This document shows positions 1-9,146 of a stretch of DNA of 64,000 nt, piece by piece. A program made the position numbers and the translations under genes. This DNA comes from Candidatus Parcubacteria bacterium (lineage in GTDB: Bacteria > Patescibacteriota > Minisyncoccia > Phycocordibacterales > JAKFXT01). The notes beneath the pieces are model-generated. The model was not told where the DNA came from and made no database searches. It saw only the letters and a program-made list of their open reading frames with translations. The stretch spans positions 342,157 through 406,156 of the forward strand of contig JAIOOV010000004.1 in NCBI GenBank assembly GCA_021414235.1, written 5' to 3'. Position 1 is the stretch's first letter. Each line of letters starts with the position of its first letter.

Positions 1-997
1 CCGTTGGACCAGTATGGACGATCTCTACAAGGTGGCGGATAGCTCGGGCAGGGAAGTGGCGCTCGGTCCTACGCACGAGGAGATTATCGTGCCCATCCTC
101 AAGCAGTTTGTTTCTTCCTACAAGGATCTGCCGCAGGCGGCCTATCAATTCCAGAACAAGTTCCGCATGGAGCTGCGCGCTAAGAGCGGCATCCTTCGTG
201 GACGTGAGTTCGTGATGAAGGACCTCTATTCCTTCCATGCGGACGAAGCCGATTTCGAGAAATTCTATGAGGCAGCCAAGGAATCCTATGTGCGCATTTT
301 TGAGAAGGTCGGCATCGGGCATCTTACCTATGTGACCTTCGCTTCCGGCGGCACCTTTGCCAAATACTCCCATGAATTCCAGGCTATTACGGATGCAGGA
401 GAGGACATCATCTATTACGACAAGGACAAAAGGATTGCAGTAAACAAAGAAGTCTACGAAGACGAGATATTAAAGAACCTCGGGCTCGATAAGGGATCTC
501 TCGTCGAAGCAAAATCTATCGAGGTGGGCAATATCTTCAGCCTCAAGACCAAGTATTCCGATCCCTTCTCTCTCGCTTACACGGACGCGACGGGCACTGT
601 GCATCCGGTCCTCATGGGTTGCTACGGTATTGGGCTCGGACGCCTCATGGGCACAGTCGTAGAGATTCTCGCGGACGAGAAGGGACTGGTCTGGCCTAAG
701 AGCATCGCTCCCTTCGACCTTCACCTCCTGCCTCTCGGCGAGCCTGGTTCGGCGGCCTACAAGGAAGCTGAGAGCCTCAAGGCAGAACTCGAGAAAGAAG
801 GTTTTGAAGTCCTCATGGACGACCGCGACGCGCGTCCTGGAGAGAAATTCGCGGACGCTGACCTCATCGGCATCCCGCTCCGCGCTGTCATCAGCGCACA
901 GTCTCTGGAGAAGGGCGGTATCGAACTCAAGGGTCGTACTGACAAAGACGCCCGTATCGTTTCCAAAGAAGAATTACTGACACAGCTCCGCTCCTAA
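1..997 (+). CDS. proS: Proline--tRNA ligase, 5'-partial (short form without editing insertion)
   Basis: LGPTHEE, FRMELRAKSGILRGREFVMKDLYSFH (motif 2), MGCYGIGLGR (motif 3), anticodon domain GEKFADADLIGIP; N-terminus lies before the window. Confidence 0.95.
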   Translation, partial: RWTSMDDLYKVADSSGREVALGPTHEEIIVPILKQFVSSYKDLPQAAYQFQNKFRMELRAKSGILRGREFVMKDLYSFHADEADFEKFYEAAKESYVRIFEKVGIGHLTYVTFASGGTFAKYSHEFQAITDAGEDIIYYDKDKRIAVNKEVYEDEILKNLGLDKGSLVEAKSIEVGNIFSLKTKYSDPFSLAYTDATGTVHPVLMGCYGIGLGRLMGTVVEILADEKGLVWPKSIAPFDLHLLPLGEPGSAAYKEAESLKAELEKEGFEVLMDDRDARPGEKFADADLIGIPLRAVISAQSLEKGGIELKGRTDKDARIVSKEELLTQLRS

Positions 998-998
998 C

Positions 999-2075
999 AT
1001 GTTTCAGGATGCACGAGCGAAATTTTACTCTCTTGTCTCGAACGACTTAGGGATAGACCTGGGCACGGCAAATACCCTGGTGTATCTCCGTGGGCAGGGG
1101 ATCGTGGTGAATGAACCCTCCGTAGTAGCGATCAATCAGAAGACGGGGCGCGTGGTGGCGGTGGGCGCGGAGGCCAAGAGTATGCTCGGCCGCACGCCTG
1201 CGCACATCACCGCGGTGCGTCCTTTGGTGGACGGCGTCATTTCGGATTACGAAGTAGCAGAAGAGATGCTCTCGTATCTCATTGGGCGCGCGGAAGCGCC
1301 GTTCAAGAAGCTTTTAGGTCCCCGGGTGGTCATCGGCGTACCCTCCGGCATCACCAATGTGGAGACTCGCGCAGTGCGTGATGCTGCCCGCACCGCAGGA
1401 GCGAGGGAAGTGCACATCATTGAAGAACCCATGGCTGCAGCTATTGGCATCAGGCTTCCCATACAGAACCCGATCGGCAGCATGATCATCGATATCGGCG
1501 GCGGCACTACCGATATTGCAGTCATCTCGCTTGAGGGCATCGTGCGCTCCAAGAACCTGCGCGTGGCCGGAGACAAGCTCAACAACGACATCATTTCCTA
1601 CATACGCAGCGAGTTCAAGATATTGATTGGCGAGAAGACCGCGGAAGACCTCAAGATGCGCATCGGCGCGGTCATTCCTTCAGAACCCCTGGAGATGGCG
1701 GTACGCGGGCGTGACCTGGTCACCGGGCTTCCGCGGGAAGTCATCATCACCGACACTGATGTGCGCGAAGCCATTGCGCAGTCCATTGATAGCATCATGG
1801 AGGCAGCCCGCGAGGTGCTGGAGCAGGCGCCTCCCGAGATCCTCGGCGATATCATGCGCCATGGGGTATATCTCGTAGGCGGAGGCGCGCTCATCAAGGA
1901 GCTTCCGGAACTGCTCTCGGACGTGCTCAAGATTCCCGTGCGGGTGGCGGATGATCCGCTCACTGCGGTCGCGCGCGGGACCGGCGTGGTACTCGAGAAT
2001 ATCGACGAGTACCGCGACCTTCTTGTAAAAGACGAAGATGCTGCGACCATTACCAACGCTCGGGAACAGCAATAA
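999..2075 (+). CDS. mreB: Rod shape-determining protein MreB
   Basis: DLGIDLGTANT, EEPMAAAIG, DIGGGTTD, GGGALI actin-fold motifs. Confidence 0.97.
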   Translation: MFQDARAKFYSLVSNDLGIDLGTANTLVYLRGQGIVVNEPSVVAINQKTGRVVAVGAEAKSMLGRTPAHITAVRPLVDGVISDYEVAEEMLSYLIGRAEAPFKKLLGPRVVIGVPSGITNVETRAVRDAARTAGAREVHIIEEPMAAAIGIRLPIQNPIGSMIIDIGGGTTDIAVISLEGIVRSKNLRVAGDKLNNDIISYIRSEFKILIGEKTAEDLKMRIGAVIPSEPLEMAVRGRDLVTGLPREVIITDTDVREAIAQSIDSIMEAAREVLEQAPPEILGDIMRHGVYLVGGGALIKELPELLSDVLKIPVRVADDPLTAVARGTGVVLENIDEYRDLLVKDEDAATITNAREQQ

Positions 2076-2841
2076 GAGGCGTAATCGCTATGTTGTGCTG
2101 GCGCTCCTGGCGGCGCTCGTCTTAGCACTTGTCTTCGGCGGCTCTCTCATTCTTTCTGTTTTTTCTTCTTCAGCGAACGCACTTGCGTTCCCGCTTACGA
2201 GTGCAGCGAGCGTCTTCCGGGAGAAGGTGTCCTTCGGAGCAAGTACTTTTTTCTCTTCCAAGGCGGCGCTTGTCTCGGAGAATACTGATCTCAAGAGTCG
2301 CCTCGAGACCATGCGGGCGGAGATGCTTGATAGGGATATGCTCCTCCTTGAGAATCGTTCCCTGAAAGAAGCCCTGGGGAGGAGGGAAGAGGAGGAGACG
2401 GTCCTCGCGAGCGTGCTCTCGCGTCCGAACCGCTCTCCCTACGACACCCTGCTCATCGATGTCGGCACAGATCGCGGCCTCCGCGCCGGAGACTATGCCC
2501 TAGGCTTAGGTTCCGTGGTCATCGGACGCGTAGCGGCCGTGTATGAGCGGAGCGCCTTAGTGAAGCTCCTCTCTGCTCCTGGGGAAGAGCAGGAGGTCAT
2601 GATCGGGTCGAGTACCCCGGGGAAGGCGATTGGGGTGGGCGGTGGAAATTTCCGAGTCGTTTTGCCCAAGGGATCGCCGGTTGCCATAGGGGATTCAATC
2701 GTCTTCCCGGCGATCAACTCGCGTATCTTCGGGAAGGTGGAGGAGATCGCCACGGATGACTCGGATACGTTCGTGCGGGTCTTCTTCCAGAGCCCGGTGA
2801 ATATCTTCGAGCTTCGGTGGATAGAGATATTGCAGCAATGA
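2038..2841 (+). CDS. mreC: Rod shape-determining protein MreC
   Basis: N-terminal TM helix, coiled coil (LLLENRSLKEALG), beta domain; follows mreB. Confidence 0.85.
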   Translation: MLRPLPTLGNSNKRRNRYVVLALLAALVLALVFGGSLILSVFSSSANALAFPLTSAASVFREKVSFGASTFFSSKAALVSENTDLKSRLETMRAEMLDRDMLLLENRSLKEALGRREEEETVLASVLSRPNRSPYDTLLIDVGTDRGLRAGDYALGLGSVVIGRVAAVYERSALVKLLSAPGEEQEVMIGSSTPGKAIGVGGGNFRVVLPKGSPVAIGDSIVFPAINSRIFGKVEEIATDDSDTFVRVFFQSPVNIFELRWIEILQQ

Positions 2842-3125
2842 TGACTACGAATCGTCTCCGTATCTTCCTCGACATACTGCTCCTTATTGCCTTCTTCTTC
2901 CTGCCGTGGTGGGCGCTCTTCCTTCTCGCCCTTCCGGGACTCTCCCTCTATCCATGGTTCGGGGAAGTGCTTGTTCTCGGCTTTGCTCTCGATGTGCTCT
3001 TCCATGAGCCTTCGACGGGCGTTACGCCGCTCTGGATGACTCTTCTTGCTCTGGCACTCCTGTTCCTTTCTCTCCTCGCTAAGCGAGGCCTCCGTCTCAC
3101 CTCATATGTTTCAAGCTCTCACTAA
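2838..3125 (+). CDS. Small membrane protein, MreD-like by position
   Basis: Three hydrophobic segments with GFALD; ATGA overlap with mreC stop; lies between mreC and PBP2. Confidence 0.55.
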   Translation: MMTTNRLRIFLDILLLIAFFFLPWWALFLLALPGLSLYPWFGEVLVLGFALDVLFHEPSTGVTPLWMTLLALALLFLSLLAKRGLRLTSYVSSSH

Positions 3126-4815
3126 TCTTTTTAAAAGACTCTTCTCTCGCCCTAGGGGGAGCTCCCTTGTCGATCCGGATGAGATGTTTTTCGATGCGTA
3201 CAACCTCTCTTCCTTTCGCGCAGAGCAGTTTGAGGGCCGCCTGGAGAAGCCTATCGGCAAGCGTTCCCTCTACGGGCTCCTTGGTTTTTTTGTACTCATC
3301 ATCTCCGCCTTCGGCTACCAGATCTGGGATCTCCAGATCGCGGAGGGCGCTGCCTACCGCTTGAAGAGCGAACAGAACCGCCTCAAGCACACCCTCATCT
3401 TCGCGGAGCGCGGGCGGATACTGGATAGGAATGGGGTGGAGCTCGCCTGGAACGAGCCTGTCTCCGGGGACGAGGTCTCTAAGCGCGTATATACGGACCT
3501 TCCCGGCTTCGGACACCTCCTGGGCTACGTGAGCTATCCGCAGAAGGACAAAGCCGGTAATTACTTCTCCTATGAATTCGAAGGAAAGGACGGGGTGGAG
3601 AAGCAGTATGCCGCGCGTCTCGGGGGAGTGAACGGCATCAAGATCACTGAGACTGATGTGCACGGGGAGGTGGAGTCCGAGAGCGTGCTTGAGCCGCCTG
3701 CGCACGGAGAAGATCTGACTCTCTCCGTGGATGCAGAGATCCAGTCGGTGCTCTACAAGGGCATGCAGGATCTGGCGGGCAAAGTAGGTTTTGAAGGAGG
3801 AGCCGCCGTCATCATGGACATACGCACCGGAGAGCTTCTCGCCATGACCAGCTTCCCTGAGTACAAGAGCCAGGTGCTCTCTGATGGCGAGGATCGTGCA
3901 GAGATCGCCCGCTACAATTCCTCCAAGCAATCCGTCTTCCTCAACCGCGTCGCCGCTGGCGTATATACGCCGGGCTCCATCGTAAAGCCCTTCGTGGCTA
4001 CGGCCGCGCTTACTGAGAAGATCATCGATCCCGCAAAGCAGATCCTCTCTACCGGCTCCATCTCCATACCTAATCCATATGTGAAGGGGAAAGACACGGT
4101 CTTCTCCGACTGGAAGGCGCATGGGTGGGTGGATATGCGGCATGCCATCGCGGTCTCTTCGAACGTGTATTTCTATGTAGTAGGCGGTGGTTACAAGGAT
4201 CAGGCGGGCTTAGGCATCACGCGTCTCGAGAAATATTTCCGTATGTTCGGCTTCGGCTCCTCTACCGGTATCGATCTCCCGAGCGAGAATATCGGCACCA
4301 TACCTAATCCAGAGTGGAAGGCGCGGAACTTCGATGGGGAAGCGTGGCGTCTCGGGGACACCTACTTCACATCCATCGGCCAGTACGGCATGCAGGTTAC
4401 TCCGCTCCAGGCGGTGCGCGCCATCTCCGCGGTAGCGAACGGCGGTTCTCTACGCACGCCTTCCCTGGTAGCAGGGAATCATCTCGAATCCGTACGGCTC
4501 GCGGTCGCAGCCTCCGATCTCAGGGTCGTACGGGAAGGCATGCGCATCGGAGCGCTCGAAGGAACTGCCAGGGCGCTCAATGTGCCCTATGTCCAGGTGG
4601 CAGGTAAGACGGGTACAGCGGAGCTCGGTGTCTCCAAGGAGAAGGTCAATTCCTGGGTGATGGGCTTTTTCCCGTATCAGGAGCCGCGCTACGCTTTTAT
4701 CGTGATGATGGAGAAGGGGCCGCGTCAGAATCTCACTGGGGCCGCTTTTGTGATGCGGGGACTCCTCGATTGGATGGCGGTGCATAGGAAGGAATATTTG
4801 GATGGTTCACAATGA
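3106..4815 (+). CDS. mrdA: Penicillin-binding protein 2
   Basis: TM anchor, RGRILDRNG dimerisation domain, SxxK (GSIVK), SxN (SSN), KTGT. Confidence 0.92.
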   Translation: MFQALTNLFKRLFSRPRGSSLVDPDEMFFDAYNLSSFRAEQFEGRLEKPIGKRSLYGLLGFFVLIISAFGYQIWDLQIAEGAAYRLKSEQNRLKHTLIFAERGRILDRNGVELAWNEPVSGDEVSKRVYTDLPGFGHLLGYVSYPQKDKAGNYFSYEFEGKDGVEKQYAARLGGVNGIKITETDVHGEVESESVLEPPAHGEDLTLSVDAEIQSVLYKGMQDLAGKVGFEGGAAVIMDIRTGELLAMTSFPEYKSQVLSDGEDRAEIARYNSSKQSVFLNRVAAGVYTPGSIVKPFVATAALTEKIIDPAKQILSTGSISIPNPYVKGKDTVFSDWKAHGWVDMRHAIAVSSNVYFYVVGGGYKDQAGLGITRLEKYFRMFGFGSSTGIDLPSENIGTIPNPEWKARNFDGEAWRLGDTYFTSIGQYGMQVTPLQAVRAISAVANGGSLRTPSLVAGNHLESVRLAVAASDLRVVREGMRIGALEGTARALNVPYVQVAGKTGTAELGVSKEKVNSWVMGFFPYQEPRYAFIVMMEKGPRQNLTGAAFVMRGLLDWMAVHRKEYLDGSQ

Positions 4816-4835
4816 GAATTGAGGGGGCTTGGTTC

Positions 4836-5016
4836 AAAAGTTAACAGGCAACCTTTCGGTCGCCTGTAGAGGTGGATGTGGCCCTCGGGATGGGTGTACG
4901 CTTGGGCCTACATTTTTTATAGAGGTGTGCGGCTTAACTCGCGTTTGAGCTGCAAGGGTCACCTGTGATTGGCGATGCTGAGACTGCGAGAAGGTCTCAG
5001 TGAGGAAGAGCGTACA
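4836..5016 (-). ncRNA. Candidate structured non-coding RNA, family unknown
   Basis: Four hairpins in an ORF-poor gap; minus-strand promoter-like TTGACC...TACTAT at 5050-5020; GAAA-capped hairpin plus T-run at 4867-4836. Confidence 0.35.
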
Positions 5017-5120
5017 GTTATAGTAAAATATAAAAAGGTAGGTTGGTCAAACTAAAGCTCTCCAGATTACGTTGACTTTTAACGTTTTCGCGGGTAAGAT
5101 GTGCCCCTAATAACGCCCAT

Positions 5121-5591
5121 ATGCCAGAAGAAAAAGAGTATCTGACGCAGGAGAAATTCAACGAGCTTTCGACCGAGCTCCAGCGCCTCAAGACCACCCG
5201 CCGCAAGGAAATCGCGGATAGCCTTGAGTACGCCAAGTCTCTTGGAGACCTCTCCGAGAACGCAGAGTACCAGGAGGCTCGCGAGCTCCAGACGACCCTC
5301 GAAGAGCGCATCACCAAACTTGAGAGTGTGCTCAAGTCTGCTGCGATCGTCTCCGAGCGTCACAGCGACACCGTAGGCGTCGGCTCCTTCGTGGTGGTGA
5401 AGAAGGAAGGTGCCAAGGATACCCAGCGCTACGGCATCGTCGGCTCTGAAGAAGCCAACAGCGCTGAGGGCCGCATCTCTAATCGCTCGCCTTTGGGCGA
5501 GGCGCTCATGGGCCGCAAGCGCGGTGAGATGGTCACGGTGACGACTCCTAAGGGTCCGAGCAAGTACGAGGTGGTGGAGATTGAGAAGTAA
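5121..5591 (+). CDS. greA: Transcription elongation factor GreA
   Basis: GDLSENAEY and ISNRSPLGEALMG motifs. Confidence 0.97.
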   Translation: MPEEKEYLTQEKFNELSTELQRLKTTRRKEIADSLEYAKSLGDLSENAEYQEARELQTTLEERITKLESVLKSAAIVSERHSDTVGVGSFVVVKKEGAKDTQRYGIVGSEEANSAEGRISNRSPLGEALMGRKRGEMVTVTTPKGPSKYEVVEIEK

Positions 5592-5666
5592 CTCATGCTT
5601 AAAAGGACGCTTGGCTTAGAGCCAGGCGTCCTTTTAATTATTCTCAGAAGAAGGTAGTCTATCTTT

Positions 5667-7250
5667 ATGTTTTGGGCTGATCGCATTGCGGAATCCATAG
5701 AGAAAGACAGAGCCAAGGATATTGCAGCCGGGCCTCTAGTCATTCGCGACGAGAAGACGGCTTCTGGCCGCGTGCATGTGGGCTCGATGCGCGGGGCGGC
5801 TATCCACGGACTCGTCTCCCAGGTGCTTGCGGATAAAGGGGTTGCTAATACTTTCTATTGGGAGATCAACGATTTCGATCCGATGGATGGTATGCCCGTG
5901 TATCTTGATGAAGCAGTGTATCGGCAATACATGGGTAAACCCCTTTACACTATTCCCTCGCCGGACGGTAAGGCCAAGAATTTTGCAGAATATTATGGCG
6001 AGGAGTTTGCGGGCGTGCTTAAGGATAGCGGCTTTTATCCTACCTACTATCGCGCGAGCGAGCTCTATCTCTCTGGTCGCATGAACGAGGCTATTAGGAT
6101 AGCCCTTGAGAAAGCGGAAGACATACGTCGTATCTATAAAGAGGTCTCGGGTTCAGAACGCGCCGATACTTGGCTTCCGCTCTCGGTTGTTTGTGAGAAG
6201 TGCGGCAAGATAGGCACTACGACTGCTGTTTCTTTTGACGGCGAGAAAGTGACCTATCGCTGTGAGGCGAAGAAGGTAGAGTGGGCGGAGGGCTGTAGTC
6301 ATGAGGGCAGCGTCTCGCCGTTTGATGGGCGTGCCAAGCTCCCGTGGAAAGTGGAGTGGGCTGCGAAGTTCAAGGTAATGAACGTCATGGTAGAGGGTGG
6401 AGGTAAAGACCACTCTACTAAGGGCGGAGCGCGCGATGTGGCCAATCGTATCTCCCGTGAAGTCTTTGGTTATGAGCCGCCCTTCGATATACCTTATGAA
6501 TTCTTCCTCATTGGCGGTAAGAAGATGTCTTCTTCCAAAGGAAGAGGCTCTTCTGCTCGTGAAGTAGCCGACCTTCTGCCACCGCACATCTTCCGTCTCG
6601 GGCTTTTGTCCAAGGATATCAATCAGGCAATCAATTTCGACCCAGAAGGGGATACTATTCCCGTACTCTTCGATCTCTATGACCGTTTGGCGGAGAAATA
6701 TTTTGTTGGCGAGACCGATGATCACGTGCGGATGCTCGTCCTTTCTCATAAGCCGGAGGATCAGAAAAGCATTCCTCGTCGCTTCTTGCCGCGCTTCTCG
6801 CTGATAGCTTTCCTCGTACAGATGCCTCACCTCGATCTCTTTGTCGAGGTGGAGAAGATGAAGGGAAGCCCTCTGACTCAAGAAGACAAGGAAGAAACTG
6901 AACTTCGGGCACTGTACGCCAAGAAGTGGCTCGAAGAGTGCGCTCCGGAAGATTTCAAGTATGAACTGGCCAAGGAGCTTCCCGAAGCAGCCAAGAGCCT
7001 CTCTCCCGAGCAGAAGAAAGCCGTTAAGGCCATCCTGGAGTATGTGGAAGCGAATCCGATCTTGGACGGCCAGCTGCTTCATACTGCCCTCCATGAGATG
7101 CGGAAGGCCCTCGGTATCGAGGCTGCGGACTTCTTCAGTGCCGTATATCTCTCTTTCCTAGGGAAGCCGAGCGGCCCTAAGGCGGGCTGGTTCCTCTCTG
7201 TATTGGAGAGGGAACTCCTCCTTTCCCGCCTCCGGGAAGCCTCCTCCTAG
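5667..7250 (+). CDS. lysS: Lysine--tRNA ligase, class I
   Basis: MFWAD start, SGRVHVGS (HIGH-like), CEKCGK, KLPWKVEWAAK, GGKDH, KMSSSKG, C-terminal GPKAGWFL. Confidence 0.93.
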   Translation: MFWADRIAESIEKDRAKDIAAGPLVIRDEKTASGRVHVGSMRGAAIHGLVSQVLADKGVANTFYWEINDFDPMDGMPVYLDEAVYRQYMGKPLYTIPSPDGKAKNFAEYYGEEFAGVLKDSGFYPTYYRASELYLSGRMNEAIRIALEKAEDIRRIYKEVSGSERADTWLPLSVVCEKCGKIGTTTAVSFDGEKVTYRCEAKKVEWAEGCSHEGSVSPFDGRAKLPWKVEWAAKFKVMNVMVEGGGKDHSTKGGARDVANRISREVFGYEPPFDIPYEFFLIGGKKMSSSKGRGSSAREVADLLPPHIFRLGLLSKDINQAINFDPEGDTIPVLFDLYDRLAEKYFVGETDDHVRMLVLSHKPEDQKSIPRRFLPRFSLIAFLVQMPHLDLFVEVEKMKGSPLTQEDKEETELRALYAKKWLEECAPEDFKYELAKELPEAAKSLSPEQKKAVKAILEYVEANPILDGQLLHTALHEMRKALGIEAADFFSAVYLSFLGKPSGPKAGWFLSVLERELLLSRLREASS

Positions 7251-7280
7251 GCTCTCTTTAAAGTCGGTTATCCCCTCCGG

Positions 7281-7305
7281 GCAGCAAGACAGCTTGCTGC
7301 TTTTT
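7281..7305 (+). terminator. Intrinsic terminator after lysS
   Basis: GCAGCAAG-acag-CTTGCTGC followed by TTTTT. Confidence 0.7.
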
Positions 7306-7351
7306 CGTTTGCGTGGCCTGTTGTGGAAAAAGGTGGATAACCAGTTTCAGA

Positions 7352-7398
7352 GTGGGAAGGAGTGGGATAGAATGGTATGGAAGTGGGAAATTGTGGGA
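7352..7398 (+). promoter_or_regulatory. MraZ-binding direct repeats
   Basis: GTGGGA at 7352, 7362, 7383 and 7393 (about 10-bp period) directly upstream of mraZ. Confidence 0.8.
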
Positions 7399-7410
7399 TG
7401 AAGAATTTAT

Positions 7411-7848
7411 ATGCTGATCGGCGAATACACGCACACATTAGACGCAAAGAACCGCGTGTCACTCCCCGCCAAGTTCCGCAAGGTGCTCGGCAATAAGGTG
7501 ATAGTGACCAAAGGACTCGACGCCTGTCTGTTCATGTTCTCGCTCAAGGCATGGGAAAAGTTTTCGGATGATGTAGGCAGGCTCCCGCTGGTACAGGCAG
7601 ACAAGCGTAAGTACAGCCGCTTCATGCTAGGAGGAGCAGTTGAGGTAGATGTAGATTCCATCGGGCGCATCCTGATCCCGGACTTCCTTAAGGAGTTCGC
7701 CTGTATCAAGGGCAAGGTGGTCTTCGCCGGCATCCATGAGCGCGCGGAGATCTGGAACGAGAAGACCTGGATGGACTACAAGAAGAATGTGGAGAAGGAC
7801 ATCGATATCCTCGCCGAGAAGCTCGGCGAAGCAGGAGCCCTCGTCTAA
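7411..7848 (+). CDS. mraZ: Transcriptional regulator MraZ
   Basis: GEYTHTLDAKNRVSLPAKFR; DSIGRILIP. Confidence 0.97.
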   Translation: MLIGEYTHTLDAKNRVSLPAKFRKVLGNKVIVTKGLDACLFMFSLKAWEKFSDDVGRLPLVQADKRKYSRFMLGGAVEVDVDSIGRILIPDFLKEFACIKGKVVFAGIHERAEIWNEKTWMDYKKNVEKDIDILAEKLGEAGALV

Positions 7849-7854
7849 AGAGGT

Positions 7855-8733
7855 ATGGCTCACGTAAGCGTTCTTTTACAAGAAGTAGTAGAGGGCCTCA
7901 ACCTTCATGGCGGCGTCGTTCTCGATGCCACGGTGAATGGGGGAGGCATGAGCGAGGCGATACTCGCGGCTGACAAGAACGTAGAGGTCGTTGCTACGGA
8001 CGCTGACGAGGGTGCGCTCGTACGCGCTTCTGAGCGCCTCAAGGAGTACGAAGGTCGCATAACGTTCCATCACGTAAATTTCCGTGAGCTCGATCGGGTG
8101 CTTGCGGAAAGGGATGTGCAGGGAATAGACGGAGCGATCTTTGACCTCGGCCTCAGTTCCAATCAATTGGAAGAGTCCGGACGCGGCTTCAGCTTCCAGA
8201 GAGACGAACCTCTCCTCATGACCTTCGGTGCTTCTCCTAAGGAGGGGGAGGTAACGGCGAAGGAAGCGGTCAACGAATGGTCTGAGGAGACCTTGGTCAC
8301 GGTGATCAAGGCTTACGGAGAAGAGCCTCGCGCGCGGCACATCGCACGAGCCATCATCGCAGCGCGCGCCAAGCGCCGGATCGAGACGTCTGCGGAACTC
8401 GCTGAAGTCATCGCTTCAGCCATCCCGCGTAGAGGCAAGACGCATCCTGCCACTAAGACGTTCCAGGCTCTCCGTATCGCGGTGAACGACGAGCTGAGAG
8501 CCTTGGATGAAGCCCTCGAGAAGGCCTGGGCGGCGCTCAAGCCCAAAGGGCGACTCCTGGTGATCTCCTTCCATAGTTTGGAGGACCGTCCGGTGAAGCA
8601 CTTCTTCCGGAAGCTTTCAGATGAAGGCCAGGGAACGCTCCTCACCAAGAAGCCTATCGTACCGAGCGAGCAAGAGTTGAAAGAGAACCCCCGATCCCGC
8701 AGTGCCAAGCTGCGGATTATAGAAAAGAACTAA
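7855..8733 (+). CDS. rsmH: 16S rRNA m4C1402 methyltransferase
   Basis: HVSVLLQE, DLGLSS, RGFSF, HPATKTFQALRIAVNDEL, SFHSLEDR, NPRSRSAKLR. Confidence 0.97.
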   Translation: MAHVSVLLQEVVEGLNLHGGVVLDATVNGGGMSEAILAADKNVEVVATDADEGALVRASERLKEYEGRITFHHVNFRELDRVLAERDVQGIDGAIFDLGLSSNQLEESGRGFSFQRDEPLLMTFGASPKEGEVTAKEAVNEWSEETLVTVIKAYGEEPRARHIARAIIAARAKRRIETSAELAEVIASAIPRRGKTHPATKTFQALRIAVNDELRALDEALEKAWAALKPKGRLLVISFHSLEDRPVKHFFRKLSDEGQGTLLTKKPIVPSEQELKENPRSRSAKLRIIEKN

Positions 8734-8747
8734 ATTATTAAAATCAT

Positions 8748-9077
8748 ATGAATTCCGTAGCCATCCTCCGTTTCGAATACCGCCAGCGAGCCTTCTTCGT
8801 CCTTGCTGTCCTTGCCGGCATGCTCGTCGCCACCTATCTCTTCCTGCTCAATCAGACTATCCGCGACGTGGTAGCAGTAGAGGACACCCAGCGCGCCATC
8901 GCCACTCTCCACTCCGAGGTGAGCGACCTTGAGAGTAAGTATCTTGTAGCACGCAGCAAGGTGAATCTGGAAACAGCTCTCGCCCTTGGCTTCCACGATG
9001 CCTCTTCGGTAGATTTCTTGGCCCGCTCCTCTGAGCACACCCGTCTTTCCTTGGTTAATCAAGGCTCTGCTGAGTAG
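8748..9077 (+). CDS. FtsL-like cell division protein
   Basis: Single TM plus coiled coil, ALALGF; lies between rsmH and PBP3. Confidence 0.6.
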   Translation: MNSVAILRFEYRQRAFFVLAVLAGMLVATYLFLLNQTIRDVVAVEDTQRAIATLHSEVSDLESKYLVARSKVNLETALALGFHDASSVDFLARSSEHTRLSLVNQGSAE

Positions 9078-9146
9078 GGTTTGAGGTAGTATTGGTGTGC
9101 GAGGCATACGTCTCTTCTTGGGGCAGATGCGTGACGCTTTTTATAA

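Noticed and set aside
4930-5016. RNase P RNA (GAGGAAG and CGGCTTA fragments)
   Set aside because: Fragments are in the wrong order, the GAAAGTCC core is absent and the region is too short.
7260-7345. Replication origin
   Set aside because: Only two or three imperfect DnaA boxes, no AT-rich unwinding element and no dnaA/dnaN nearby.
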